Position numbers and translations under genes: made by a program. 37,291 nucleotides of DNA from Armatimonadota bacterium (GTDB lineage: Bacteria; Sysuimicrobiota; Sysuimicrobiia; Sysuimicrobiales; Humicultoraceae). The notes below the pieces were generated by a model, which made no database searches, was not told the DNA's origin, and saw nothing but the letters and a program-made list of their open reading frames with translations. The DNA lies in NCBI GenBank assembly GCA_037443365.1, contig JBBIOM010000019.1, positions 1-37,291 on the forward strand. Reading direction: 5' to 3'. Position 1 is the first letter of the stretch; the number at the start of each line of letters is the position of its first letter. Of this stretch, positions 11,020-20,351 are shown piece by piece.

Positions 11020-11798
11020 AGCCCACTAGCACGATCGTGCTCAAGTCGGCGGACGAGATCGCGTGCATGCGGCGCGCCGGGCGGCTGGTGGCACTCGCGC
11101 TGCGCGAGGTGGCGCGCGCCGTGGCCCCGGGCGTCACGACGAGCGTCCTGGACCGCACCGCAGAGACGTTCATTCGCGACGGCGGAGGCACACCCTCGTT
11201 CAAGGGCTACAGAGGATACCCGGCGAGCATCTGCGCGTCGGTGAACGACGAGGTCGTCCACGGCATCCCCGGCACCCGCGTCCTGGAGGCGGGGTCGATC
11301 GTCTCGGTTGACCTGGGGGTATTTCTGGATGGCTTCCACGCGGATGCGGCGCTGACGGTGCCCGTGGGCGAGGTGAAGCCGGAGGCCCGGCGGCTGCTGG
11401 CGGTGGCCGGTAAGGCGCTTGAAGCCGGGGTGGCGGCGGCGAGACCGGGCAGTCGTCTGGGGGACATCGGGTGGGCGGTGCAGTCGGTGGTAGAGGCCGC
11501 CGGGTTCTCCGTGGTCCGGGACTACGCTGGGCACGGGATAGGACGGGCGCTGCACGAGGATCCGCAGGTGCCAAACACGGGCCGCCCCCGGACAGGCCTG
11601 GCGCTCGAGATCGGCATGACCCTGGCCATCGAGCCCATGGTCAATGCCGGAGGGCCCGAGGTTGCCCTGGACGCCGACGGCTGGACCGTGCGCACCCTCG
11701 ACGGCACGTGGTCGGCGCACGCCGAGCATACCGTGGCCGTAACGGAGGATGGGCCGGTGGTTTTGACTGGACTACGGAGCGGCGGGGCCCTATACTAA
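11016..11798 (+). CDS. map: Type I methionine aminopeptidase
   Basis: SVNDEVVHGIP, DAALT, GHGIG, AIEPM, AHAEHTV; GTG 11016 overlaps the adk stop. Confidence 0.98.
   Translation: MKPTSTIVLKSADEIACMRRAGRLVALALREVARAVAPGVTTSVLDRTAETFIRDGGGTPSFKGYRGYPASICASVNDEVVHGIPGTRVLEAGSIVSVDLGVFLDGFHADAALTVPVGEVKPEARRLLAVAGKALEAGVAAARPGSRLGDIGWAVQSVVEAAGFSVVRDYAGHGIGRALHEDPQVPNTGRPRTGLALEIGMTLAIEPMVNAGGPEVALDADGWTVRTLDGTWSAHAEHTVAVTEDGPVVLTGLRSGGALY
11768..11796 (+). promoter_or_regulatory. Putative internal sigma70-type promoter for the KOW-infA-rpmJ-alpha operon segment
   Basis: TGGACT (11768-73), 17-bp spacer, TATACT (11791-96), inside the 3' end of map. Confidence 0.6.
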
Positions 11799-11820
11799 GT
11801 CTTTACGGGGTCTTTACGGG
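11799..11820 (+). repeat. Perfect 11-bp tandem direct repeat (GTCTTTACGGG x2)
   Basis: Read directly from the sequence. Confidence 0.9.
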
Positions 11821-11827
11821 TCAGACC

Positions 11828-12106
11828 ATGGATAGAGCCCTGGGAGAGCTGGTAGGCATGGTGGTTACCTCGCGGGCAGGCCGCGACGCGGGAGACCGCT
11901 ACGTGGTGGTAGGAGCCGCGGGTGACGACATGGTGCTTGTGGCCGATGGCCGGCGCAGGGGCGCCGGCCGCCCCAAGCGCAAGAACCTGAAGCACCTCGC
12001 CGTGCACGGCCCGGCGGGTGATGTTGCCGAGCGGCTGCGTGGGGGGCAGGTCGTGACCGACGAGGACATACGGGCCGTACTGGCCAGGCCCACGGAGGGC
12101 CGATGA
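11828..12106 (+). CDS. KOW-domain RNA-binding protein (L14e-like)
   Basis: [29 protein letters not shown]; this family usually sits between map and infA. Confidence 0.9.
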   Translation: MDRALGELVGMVVTSRAGRDAGDRYVVVGAAGDDMVLVADGRRRGAGRPKRKNLKHLAVHGPAGDVAERLRGGQVVTDEDIRAVLARPTEGR

Positions 12107-12321
12107 CAAAGAAGGATGCCATCGAGGTCGAGGGAACGGTCGCGGAGGTCCTGCCGAACGCGATGTTTCGCGTAACGCTGGCCAGCGGGCACAAGGTGCT
12201 GGCCCACATCTCGGGCAAGATGCGCATCCACTTCATCCGGATACTCCCCGGTGACCGTGTCAAGGTGGAACTGTCGCCGTACGACCCTACGCGCGGCAGG
12301 ATCACCTACCGGTACCGATAA
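12103..12321 (+). CDS. infA: Translation initiation factor IF-1
   Basis: [26 protein letters not shown]. Confidence 0.99.
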   Translation: MTKKDAIEVEGTVAEVLPNAMFRVTLASGHKVLAHISGKMRIHFIRILPGDRVKVELSPYDPTRGRITYRYR

Positions 12322-12348
12322 GGATTCCGGCAGAGGGAGCGGGCAGGC

Positions 12349-12462
12349 ATGAAGGTTCGAGCGTCGGTTCGCACGATGTGCGAGAAGTGCAAGATCATCA
12401 AGCGGGGACGGCGGGTGCTGGTCATCTGCGAGAACCCCAAGCACAAGCAGAAGCAGGGATAG
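12349..12462 (+). CDS. rpmJ: 50S ribosomal protein bL36 (not in the ORF track)
   Basis: Manual translation [37 protein letters not shown]. Confidence 0.98.
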   Translation: MKVRASVRTMCEKCKIIKRGRRVLVICENPKHKQKQG

Positions 12463-12472
12463 GAGGCCGAGG

Positions 12473-12871
12473 ATGGCACGGATCGCCGGGGTGGATCTGC
12501 CGAGAGACAAGCGCATCGAGGCGGCGCTGCCGTACATTTTCGGCATCGGGCCTAGCCGGGCCCGGGCCATCTGCCGCGCGACCGGCGTGAGCCCGGACAC
12601 GCGGGTGCGCGCGCTGGCCGAGGACGAGATAACGCGGCTGCGCGACTTCATCGAGCGCAACTACAAGGTGGAGGGTGACCTGCGCCGTGACGTGGCCATG
12701 GATATCCGCCGGCTCGTGGAGATAGGCTCCTACCGCGGGCTCCGGCACAAGAAGAGCCTGCCTACCCGCGGTCAGCGCACTCGTACGAACGCGCGAACCC
12801 GCAAGGGACCGAAGAGAACGGTAGGGGTCCGTCGCAAGGCCGCATCCGCGCCTGCGCCGGCCACCAAGTAG
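12473..12871 (+). CDS. rpsM: 30S ribosomal protein uS13
   Basis: [30 protein letters not shown]. Confidence 0.99.
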   Translation: MARIAGVDLPRDKRIEAALPYIFGIGPSRARAICRATGVSPDTRVRALAEDEITRLRDFIERNYKVEGDLRRDVAMDIRRLVEIGSYRGLRHKKSLPTRGQRTRTNARTRKGPKRTVGVRRKAASAPAPATK

Positions 12872-12889
12872 GCGCAAGGGGGATCGAGG

Positions 12890-13276
12890 ATGGCAAACAA
12901 GCCCAGGGGCCGGAAGCGCGAGCGCAAGCATGTGCCGGTGGGGATCGCCCACATCCGGTCAAGCTTCAACAACACGATCGTGACGATCAGCGACCCGCGC
13001 GGCAACGTCGTGGCGTGGTCGAGCTCTGGGACCTCGGGGTTCAAGGGCTCCCGGAAGGGCACCCCCTTTGCCGCCAGCGTGGCCGCGGAGACCGCCGCGC
13101 GCAGGGCGATGGAGCACGGCCTGAGGGCGGTGGAGGTGTTCGTGCGAGGCCCGGGTGCAGGCCGTGAGGCAGCCATCCGGTCGCTGCAGTCCGCAGGGCT
13201 AGAGGTCAACATGATCAAGGACGTTACGCCGGTGCCGCACAACGGGTGCCGTCCGCCCAAGCGGCGGCGCGTGTAG
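12890..13276 (+). CDS. rpsK: 30S ribosomal protein uS11
   Basis: [38 protein letters not shown]. Confidence 0.99.
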   Translation: MANKPRGRKRERKHVPVGIAHIRSSFNNTIVTISDPRGNVVAWSSSGTSGFKGSRKGTPFAASVAAETAARRAMEHGLRAVEVFVRGPGAGREAAIRSLQSAGLEVNMIKDVTPVPHNGCRPPKRRRV

Positions 13277-13285
13277 GGGGAGCGG

Positions 13286-13909
13286 ATGGGACGCTACACG
13301 GAATCGGTCTGCCGGCTCTGTCGGCGTGAGGGCATGAAGCTCTATCTCAAGGGAGACAAGTGCTACACCGAGAAGTGCCCGGTGCACAAGAGGCCGGCGC
13401 CCCCCGGGATGCACGGCGTCTCCAGGCGCAAGCTGAGCGAGTTCGGGGTGCGGCTTCGCGAGAAGCAGAAGCTCCGCCGCATCTACGGGGTCTACGAGGC
13501 GGCATTCAAGTCGTACTTCCAGCGCGCCTCCAGGTCCAAGGGCGTCACCGGAACCCGTCTGCTTCAGATGCTGGAGACCCGGCTGGACAACGTGATCTAC
13601 CGGCTCGGCATGGCCTCGTCCCGCAAGGAGGCGCGCCAGCTCGTGGCCCACGGACACGTGGCCGTGAACGGCGGACGCGTGAGAGCCGCTTCGTACCAGG
13701 TCCGGCCCGGGGAGAGGGTGACGGCCGCGTCCTCCGCCGGCTTCCCCCCAAAGGTGAAGGAACTGGCGGCGACTCCCGGGCGCAAGCCCCCTTCCTGGCT
13801 GGAGTTCGATCCCACCCGCATGGAGGCCCGCGTGCTGGCGCTTCCCTCGCGCGAGGAGATTGACGTGCCGGTGCAGGAGCAGTTGATAGTCGAGTACTAC
13901 TCCCGGTGA
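13286..13909 (+). CDS. rpsD: 30S ribosomal protein uS4 (zinc-binding form)
   Basis: CRLCRREG...KC...KC, LREKQK, LETRLDNV, EYYSR. Confidence 0.99.
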   Translation: MGRYTESVCRLCRREGMKLYLKGDKCYTEKCPVHKRPAPPGMHGVSRRKLSEFGVRLREKQKLRRIYGVYEAAFKSYFQRASRSKGVTGTRLLQMLETRLDNVIYRLGMASSRKEARQLVAHGHVAVNGGRVRAASYQVRPGERVTAASSAGFPPKVKELAATPGRKPPSWLEFDPTRMEARVLALPSREEIDVPVQEQLIVEYYSR

Positions 13910-13953
13910 TGATACCTTGGGAGCTCCCGTAGGGGGCAGGAGGTAGGTTGACC

Positions 13954-14916
13954 ATGACCGTGGGCATAGTGTGGGAGGCTCCGACGCCCAAGGTAGAGCA
14001 GGCCGAGCTTTCCGACACGTACGGCAAGTTCGTGCTGGAGCCGCTCGATCACGGCTTTGGCGTGACGCTCGGGAACGCGCTGCGCCGGGTGCTGCTGTCC
14101 TCGATCACGGGCGCGGCGGTGACCTCGGTCAAGATCGACGGCGTGCTTCATGAATTCTCGACGATCAGCGGCGTGGTCGAGGACGTCACCCAGATCGTGC
14201 TGAACTTGAAAGAGCTCACGCTGCGGCTCTACACCGACAAGCCCAAGTTGCTGCGGCTCGACGTTCGGGGGAAGAGGGAGGTCACGGCCGCGGATATCCA
14301 GGAGGACCCCGAGGTCGAGATCATCAACCCCGGCCTGCGCATCGCGACCCTGGACCGCAAGGACGCGCACCTGGCGATGGAGATAGTCGTGGAGCGCGGC
14401 AAGGGCTACGTTCCCGCCGAGCGCCATCGTCGCAGCGAGCACGTGATCGGCGTGATCCCGGTGGATTCGATCTTCTCGCCGATCCAGAAGGTGAACTTTG
14501 CCGTTGAGGACACGCGCGTGGGCCACTCGATCGACCTCGACCGGCTGGTGCTGGAGATCTGGAGCGACGGATCCATCCGGCCCGAGGAGGCCCTGCAGGA
14601 GGCGTCGCGCATCCTGATCGATCACTTCCGCCTGTTTGCGGGGATCGCGGACGAGTCGGGTCCCGGGGTGATCTTCGGCGGCTCCGATGATCCCGGTGTG
14701 GCCCGTGCCGCGACGATGCCGATCGAGGATCTCGACCTGTCGGTGCGGCCGTACAACTGCCTCAAGCGTGCCGGGGTGCACACCGTGGGCGATCTGATTC
14801 GGAAGACCGAGGACGAGGTCGTAGCGGTCAAGAACTTCGGCCGGAAGTCGCTGGACGAGGTGAAGGAGAAGCTGGCCCTTCACGGATTCAGTCTGCGGCA
14901 GAGCGAGCCGTCGTAG
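13954..14916 (+). CDS. rpoA: RNA polymerase subunit alpha
   Basis: EPLDHGFGVTLGNALRRVLLSS, GVLHEF, NFGRKSL; alternative TTG start at 13948. Confidence 0.99.
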   Translation: MTVGIVWEAPTPKVEQAELSDTYGKFVLEPLDHGFGVTLGNALRRVLLSSITGAAVTSVKIDGVLHEFSTISGVVEDVTQIVLNLKELTLRLYTDKPKLLRLDVRGKREVTAADIQEDPEVEIINPGLRIATLDRKDAHLAMEIVVERGKGYVPAERHRRSEHVIGVIPVDSIFSPIQKVNFAVEDTRVGHSIDLDRLVLEIWSDGSIRPEEALQEASRILIDHFRLFAGIADESGPGVIFGGSDDPGVARAATMPIEDLDLSVRPYNCLKRAGVHTVGDLIRKTEDEVVAVKNFGRKSLDEVKEKLALHGFSLRQSEPS

Positions 14917-14933
14917 GCGTAGGGAGCGAAACA

Positions 14934-15287
14934 ATGGGCATGGGAGCGAAGGGCCGCAAGCTGGGCCGCGACACGGGAGAGCGCCGGGCGCTGTTCCGCG
15001 ATCTGGTCGGCGCGCTGATTGTGCACGGGCGGATCGAGACCACGGGCGCCAAGGCGAAGGAGACCAAGAAGATCGCCGACACGCTGATCGCCACGGCGAT
15101 GGCCAACGACATGCACGCGCGGAGGCAGGTTCGCCGCTTCCTGGGGGACAGGGCCGTGCTGACGCGGCTCTTCAAGGACGTGGTCCCCAAGTTGCAGGCC
15201 GGCCGCGGCGGGTACACCCGCATCATCAAGACTCGGACCCGCCGAGGTGACGGCGCGGAAATGGCGCTGGTCGAACTGGTCAAGTGA
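14934..15287 (+). CDS. rplQ: 50S ribosomal protein bL17
   Basis: RKLGRD, IETTGAKAKE, GGYTRIIK, RRGDGAEMA. Confidence 0.99.
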   Translation: MGMGAKGRKLGRDTGERRALFRDLVGALIVHGRIETTGAKAKETKKIADTLIATAMANDMHARRQVRRFLGDRAVLTRLFKDVVPKLQAGRGGYTRIIKTRTRRGDGAEMALVELVK

Positions 15288-15302
15288 GGAGGGGTTCGCC
15301 AC

Positions 15303-16169
15303 GTGCGCGAGCCCCTGATTGAAGTAGCAGATCTCCGGCACGTCTATCATCCGAACACCCCGCAGGCCGTCGTGGCGCTCGACGGCCTGTCCTTTTCGGT
15401 CGAGCCCGGGGAGTACGTTGGGATTGTCGGCGGCAACGGATCCGGGAAGTCCACCCTGGCCAAGCACCTCAACGCGCTTCTCGCACCCACGGCCGGCTCG
15501 GTGCGCGTGGGGGGCCTCGACACGCGTGACCGCGCGTCGGTCTGGGAGACCCGCCGCCGGGTGGGCATGATCTTCCAGAACCCGGACAACCAGCTCGTGG
15601 CCACGGTCGTCGAGGAAGACGTGGCCTTCGGGCCCGAGAACCTCGGTCTGCCGCCGGCGGTGATCCGCGAACGCGTGAGCGAAGCGCTTGCGGCAGTGGG
15701 GATGGCGGAGTTCCGCCGGCGGCCCCCGCACCTTCTCTCGGGCGGGCAGAAGCAGCGCGTGGCGATCGCGGGCATCCTGGCCATGCGGCCGGAATGCCTT
15801 GTGCTGGACGAGGCGACGACGATGCTCGATCCCGCGGGCCTCGCCGAGGTGCTGGAGACCCTGGCGCTTCTCAACCGGCGTGACGGCGTCACGATCATTC
15901 TGATCTCCCATGCCATGGAGGATCTTCGCGACGCCCGGCGCATCATCGCGCTGGACCGAGGGCGCATCGTGCTCGATGGTCCGGCCGCCCGGGTCATGGC
16001 GCAGGCCGAACAGATCCCGGGCAAGCGTCTGTGCGCCCCGCCGATGGTGAGGCTCGCGCGCTGGCTCCGTGAGGACGGCCTCAACCTCCCGGAGGAAGCG
16101 AACACTATCGAGGCCCTCGCCGAGGCGGTGACAGCCGCCGTGGGCCCCGGGGCTGCGGGCGATGCCTGA
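15303..16169 (+). CDS. ecfA1: Energy-coupling factor transporter ATPase EcfA1
   Basis: GGNGSGKST, FQNPDNQ, LSGGQKQR, LDEATTMLDP. Confidence 0.95.
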   Translation: MREPLIEVADLRHVYHPNTPQAVVALDGLSFSVEPGEYVGIVGGNGSGKSTLAKHLNALLAPTAGSVRVGGLDTRDRASVWETRRRVGMIFQNPDNQLVATVVEEDVAFGPENLGLPPAVIRERVSEALAAVGMAEFRRRPPHLLSGGQKQRVAIAGILAMRPECLVLDEATTMLDPAGLAEVLETLALLNRRDGVTIILISHAMEDLRDARRIIALDRGRIVLDGPAARVMAQAEQIPGKRLCAPPMVRLARWLREDGLNLPEEANTIEALAEAVTAAVGPGAAGDA

Positions 16170-17034
16170 CCCTCTGATCGCCTGCCGCGGGCTCTGCCAC
16201 GTCTACCTGCGAGGGACGCCGATGGAAGCCGCGGCCCTGGACGGGGTCACGCTCGAGATCCGCACCGGAGAGATCGTGGCGATCATCGGCCCGACAGGGT
16301 CGGGCAAGTCCACGCTGATCCAGCACTTCAACGGCCTGCTGCGCCCGACCGCGGGTGAGGTGAGGATCGCCGGGTGTGACCTCTGGGGGCCACGCGCCGA
16401 CCGCCGCCGGGCCCGGCAGCAGATCGGGCTGGTCTTCCAGTTCCCCGAGTACCAGCTCTTCGAGGACACCGTGCGCAAGGACGTCGCCTTCGGGCCCAGG
16501 AACCTGGGGTTGCCGGCCGATGAGATCGCCTCCAGGGTGGAGGAGGCGCTGCGCCAGGCCGGTCTGGATCCGGAGCGATTCGGCGATCGCTCCCCCTTCA
16601 CGCTCTCAGGGGGCGAGATGCGGCGCGTTGCGCTGGCAGGCGTGCTGGCGATGAAGCCGCGAGCCCTGGTTCTGGATGAGCCCACCGCCGGCCTCGATCC
16701 TAGGGGCAAGGAGGAACTGCTCGACCGCATCGCCGCCCTGCACCGGGGGGGCATGACGCTTGTGTTCGTAACGCACAGCATGGACGAGGCAGCCCAACTG
16801 GCCCGGCGCGTTGTGGTCATGCACTCCGGACGCGTGATGGCGGACGGATCCCCCCGCGAGATCTTCGCGCGCGAGGATGCGCTCCGGGGTATCGGGCTTG
16901 CGCTGCCGCAGGCCGCGCGGCTTGTCCGGCTGCTTCGCAGTCGCGGAATGCCGGTCGGTGATGCGCTGACGATCGCGCAGGCACGGGCGGCCATCATGGC
17001 CGCGGTGCGGGAGATGCGGCGTGGAGCTCACTAG
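16162..17034 (+). CDS. ecfA2: Energy-coupling factor transporter ATPase EcfA2
   Basis: GPTGSGKST, FQFPEYQLFE, SPFTLSGGEMRR, LDEPTAGLDP. Confidence 0.95.
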   Translation: MPDPLIACRGLCHVYLRGTPMEAAALDGVTLEIRTGEIVAIIGPTGSGKSTLIQHFNGLLRPTAGEVRIAGCDLWGPRADRRRARQQIGLVFQFPEYQLFEDTVRKDVAFGPRNLGLPADEIASRVEEALRQAGLDPERFGDRSPFTLSGGEMRRVALAGVLAMKPRALVLDEPTAGLDPRGKEELLDRIAALHRGGMTLVFVTHSMDEAAQLARRVVVMHSGRVMADGSPREIFAREDALRGIGLALPQAARLVRLLRSRGMPVGDALTIAQARAAIMAAVREMRRGAH

Positions 17035-17827
17035 GTACATCACCGTCGGGCAGTACCTGCCCCGGGGGTCGCCGCTTCATCGCCTGGACCCGCGCACCAA
17101 GATCCTGGCCACGACGGCGCTCATGGTCACCCTGTTCCTGATCCCCTCCTTCGGGGGCCTCGGCCTTCTGGCCGCGGGCCTGCTGGCGCTTCTGGTGCTG
17201 GGGCAGATACCGCTGGGATACGCGCTTCGGGGCCTGCGGCCGATCGCCGTCCTGCTGCTGCTGACGGTCTTCCTCAACACCTTCTTCGGCGGAGGTGAGG
17301 GAGGGAGGGTCCTGTTCCAGGCCGGCCCGCTCGTTGCGACGGAAGAGGGGTTCAGGCGCGCTCTTTTCGTGGGGAGCCGGTTCATCCTGCTGGTGACCGC
17401 GGCCACGCTGCTGACGTTCGTCACCTCGCCGGTGGAGTTGACCGATGGCCTGGAGTGGCTTCTGCGCCCGTTCCGCCGCGTGGGGGTGCCCGCGCACGAG
17501 CTGGCGATGATGATGTCCATCGCGCTGCGCTTCATTCCGACCCTGCTTGAGGAGACCGAGAAGATCATGAAGGCCCAGATGGCCCGGGGGGCGGAGTTCG
17601 GCCAGGGTTCGGTGATCCGCCGGGCCCGCGCCTTCGTGCCCGTGCTGGTGCCGCTGCTGATAAGCGCCTTTCGCCGCTCGGAGGAACTGGCGCTCGCGAT
17701 GGAAGCGCGCTGCTATCGAGGAGGGGAAGGACGCACACGCATGAAGGAACTGCGGTGGCGCGTTGCCGATCTTGTGGCCGGAGCGTGCGTGGCCGCCGCC
17801 GCGGCGCTCCTGATTGGGTTGCGGTAG
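17021..17827 (+). CDS. ecfT: Energy-coupling factor transmembrane component EcfT
   Basis: GQYLP, HRLDPRTK, ALRFIPTL, ARG and ARC(Y) motifs. Confidence 0.95.
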   Translation: MELTRYITVGQYLPRGSPLHRLDPRTKILATTALMVTLFLIPSFGGLGLLAAGLLALLVLGQIPLGYALRGLRPIAVLLLLTVFLNTFFGGGEGGRVLFQAGPLVATEEGFRRALFVGSRFILLVTAATLLTFVTSPVELTDGLEWLLRPFRRVGVPAHELAMMMSIALRFIPTLLEETEKIMKAQMARGAEFGQGSVIRRARAFVPVLVPLLISAFRRSEELALAMEARCYRGGEGRTRMKELRWRVADLVAGACVAAAAALLIGLR

Positions 17828-17833
17828 TCGTCC

Positions 17834-18634
17834 TTGCGAAGGCTCGCACTGCTGATCGAGTACGACGGGACGCGATACGCGGGCTGGCAGCGCCAGCGCT
17901 GTGCCCCGACGATCCAGGGCGCGATCGAAGCCGCCGCGGGCTCGATCCTGTCGGAACCCATCTCCGCCGTCGCGGCGGGCCGCACCGATGCCGGCGTCCA
18001 CGCGCTCCGACAGGTGGCACACCTTACCACCCGCAGCGCGCTGCCCGTGGAGCGAATCCGGAGGGGCCTGAACGCGCTGCTGCCCGACGACATCGTTGTC
18101 CGAGATGTGCTGGAGGTGAGCCCGGGTTTCCACGCGCGCTACGACGCGCGCCTGCGCATCTACGGGTACGCGCTCCTGGCCCGTCCTGCGCCCTCGGCGC
18201 TTCTTTGCCGGTACACGCACCACGTGGCCGCGCCGCTGGACCTGGAGGCGATGCGCGCCGGCGCCGCCGGGCTCGCTGGCCGGCATGACTTCTCCGCGTT
18301 TCGCGTGGCGGGGACCGCCACGGCATCCGCGATCTGCACCGTGCACGCGGTGGAGGTGGAGCGCCGGGGTGATCTGGTCGTGGTGACGGTCGCCGCCGAT
18401 CGCTTCCTCCGACAGATGGTGCGGTTGATGGTGGGGTCGCTGGTGACCGTCGGACGCGGCAGCGCGCCGCCCGATGCGATCTCAGAGATCCTGCAGTCCA
18501 GGGGGGACCGCCGTGCCGGTCCCGCGCTTCCCGCGTGCGGCCTCTTCCTCGTGCGCGTGCTCTACGGTCACGAGCACGATCCCATGCTGAGCGGATCAAG
18601 ACGCGCCTCGGGCGACGGCGATGCTGTGCTATAA
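17834..18634 (+). CDS. truA: tRNA pseudouridine(38-40) synthase
   Basis: EYDGT..GWQRQ, GRTDAGVHA, FHARY, HDFSAF, FLRQMVR. Confidence 0.98.
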   Translation: MRRLALLIEYDGTRYAGWQRQRCAPTIQGAIEAAAGSILSEPISAVAAGRTDAGVHALRQVAHLTTRSALPVERIRRGLNALLPDDIVVRDVLEVSPGFHARYDARLRIYGYALLARPAPSALLCRYTHHVAAPLDLEAMRAGAAGLAGRHDFSAFRVAGTATASAICTVHAVEVERRGDLVVVTVAADRFLRQMVRLMVGSLVTVGRGSAPPDAISEILQSRGDRRAGPALPACGLFLVRVLYGHEHDPMLSGSRRASGDGDAVL

Positions 18635-18635
18635 T
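18625..18635 (+). promoter_or_regulatory. Extended -10 promoter (TGTG-C-TATAAT) for the tRNA-reoM-murA unit
   Basis: Perfect TATAAT at 18630-35 with TGn extension, 8 nt before the tRNA; overlaps the truA TAA stop. Confidence 0.8.
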
Positions 18636-18643
18636 CTTCGCGC

Positions 18644-18719
18644 GGGCCCGTAGCTCAAGTGGCAGAGCAGCGCCCTCATAAGGCGCCGGTTCCTGGATCG
18701 AGGCCAGGCGGGCCCACCA
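18644..18719 (+). tRNA. tRNA with CAU anticodon, most likely tRNA-Ile2 (lysidine type)
   Basis: Cloverleaf: GGGCCCG/CGGGCCC acceptor, GCGCC-CTCATAA-GGCGC anticodon arm, encoded ACCA. C4:G69 and C5:G68 fit Ile2; the paired G1:C72 excludes fMet. Confidence 0.9.
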
Positions 18720-18742
18720 CCGCACGCTCGGCCGCAGGGGTG

Positions 18743-19021
18743 ATGTCCGTGGAGGAACACGAGCGCACCGGTATCTTTCAGTTCGGTGACCTCAGGGCGC
18801 AGGGCGTGCAGGAGATCCTCAGGTTCGTCTACCGTGCGCTCCTGGAGCGGGGGTACGACCCTGTGGATCAGATCGTCGGGTACCTCCTGTCAGGAGACCC
18901 GACCTACATTACCAGCCACGGCGACGCCCGGAAGGCCATTCGTCAGGTGGATCGGATCCTGCTGCTAGAGGAGCTGGTTCAGGCCTACGTGGACGCCAGG
19001 TTGCGCGCCAGGACGCCGTAG
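18743..19021 (+). CDS. reoM: IreB/ReoM family regulatory phosphoprotein (UPF0297/DUF965)
   Basis: VYRALLERGYDPVDQIVGYLLSGDPTYITSHGDAR family signature; N-terminal Thr in ERTGIF. Confidence 0.9.
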   Translation: MSVEEHERTGIFQFGDLRAQGVQEILRFVYRALLERGYDPVDQIVGYLLSGDPTYITSHGDARKAIRQVDRILLLEELVQAYVDARLRARTP

Positions 19022-19057
19022 CATCGCACGCGCTCACTTCTCGGGAGGGTCGTCTCA

Positions 19058-20329
19058 GTGGAGTTGATCGTCAACGGCGGCCGCCGCCTGCGCGGCGCCG
19101 TGAGGGTGGCCGGGGGCAAGAACAGCTCGCTGGCCATCATAGCCGCTTCCGCGCTTGCCCCTGATGTCTCGACCCTCGAGAACGTGCCGCACTGCCGCGA
19201 CGTCCTGACGCTGCTGGAGATCCTGGAGGCGCTGGGCGCGCGCACGTCGCTTGGCGCCGGACGCCTGACGATTGACGCGCGCGGGATGAATGGCCACGTT
19301 GCGCCCTACGATCTGTGCCGCAGCATGCGCGCCTCGTTCTACACCGCGGGGGTCCTGCTCGGACGCGCGGGTAGGGCCCAGGTTCCCCTGCCGGGAGGCT
19401 GCTCGATCGGCGCCAGGCCGGTGGATTTTCACCTCCGGGGCTTTGCGGCTCTCGGCGCCCGCGTGGTCACGGAGCACGGGTACATGAAGGCCTCGGCGCG
19501 TCGGCTGAAGGGCGCTACCTTCTACGTCCCGCGCAGCAGCGTGGGCACGACGATCAACCTCATGATGGCCTCCAGCACCGCGCGGGGCACGACGGTCTTC
19601 CAGAACGCGGCGCGGGAGCCGGAGGTCGTGGACACCGCGGTCTTCCTGAACCTCATGGGCGCCCGGATCAAGGGGGCCGGCACGCACGCCATCACGATCG
19701 AAGGGGTCAAGGAGCTGCACGGCAACTCCTACGCCATAATCCCCGACCGGCTGGAGGCGGGAACCTTCCTCATGGCCGGCGCAGCCAGCGGCGGCGACGT
19801 GCTGGTGGAGGGGATGATCCCCGAGCACCTCACCGCGCTGCTGGCCAAGATGGAAGAGGCGGGAGTCGAGATCATACGCAACACCGACGGCGTGCGGGCG
19901 CGGGCCGGCGCCGACCTGCGCGGCGTGGACATAGACACCGCCCCGTACCCGGGATTCGCCACCGACCTCCATCCCCAGATGGCAGCGCTGCTGACCCTGG
20001 CCCGTGGCTCGTCCACCATCCGCGAGACCGTTTTCGAGGCGCGGTTCGCCTACACCGACGAGCTTCGCCGGATGGGAGCGAACGTCAAGGCCGAGGGCGA
20101 CAGCGTCCACATAACCGGCGTGGAGCGGCTCACCGGCGCGCCGGTCGAGGCGCCGGACATACGGGGAGGCGCGGCCGTGCTGATAGCGGCGCTTGCCGCC
20201 GAGGGCGAAACCGCGATAGGCCGGGTCGAGAATCTGGACCGCGGCTACGAGGGGCTCGAGCACAAGCTCGGGCTGCTGGGGGCGCACGTCACGCGCACCG
20301 GCTCTGCCGAGTCGCGGGAGGCGGGATAG
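19058..20329 (+). CDS. murA: UDP-N-acetylglucosamine 1-carboxyvinyltransferase
   Basis: [24 protein letters not shown] (catalytic Cys), [21 protein letters not shown]. Confidence 0.98.
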   Translation: MELIVNGGRRLRGAVRVAGGKNSSLAIIAASALAPDVSTLENVPHCRDVLTLLEILEALGARTSLGAGRLTIDARGMNGHVAPYDLCRSMRASFYTAGVLLGRAGRAQVPLPGGCSIGARPVDFHLRGFAALGARVVTEHGYMKASARRLKGATFYVPRSSVGTTINLMMASSTARGTTVFQNAAREPEVVDTAVFLNLMGARIKGAGTHAITIEGVKELHGNSYAIIPDRLEAGTFLMAGAASGGDVLVEGMIPEHLTALLAKMEEAGVEIIRNTDGVRARAGADLRGVDIDTAPYPGFATDLHPQMAALLTLARGSSTIRETVFEARFAYTDELRRMGANVKAEGDSVHITGVERLTGAPVEAPDIRGGAAVLIAALAAEGETAIGRVENLDRGYEGLEHKLGLLGAHVTRTGSAESREAG

Positions 20330-20351
20330 GCCAGGTCCTGCCCGGGGCGCC

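Noticed and set aside
13919-13928. Palindrome GGGAGCTCCC between rpsD and rpoA
   Set aside because: A 10-bp GC-rich palindrome is expected by chance; no U-tract or other support.
18659-18742. N-terminal extension of the ReoM ORF given in the track
   Set aside because: It overlaps the tRNA gene; the family-consistent start is ATG 18743.
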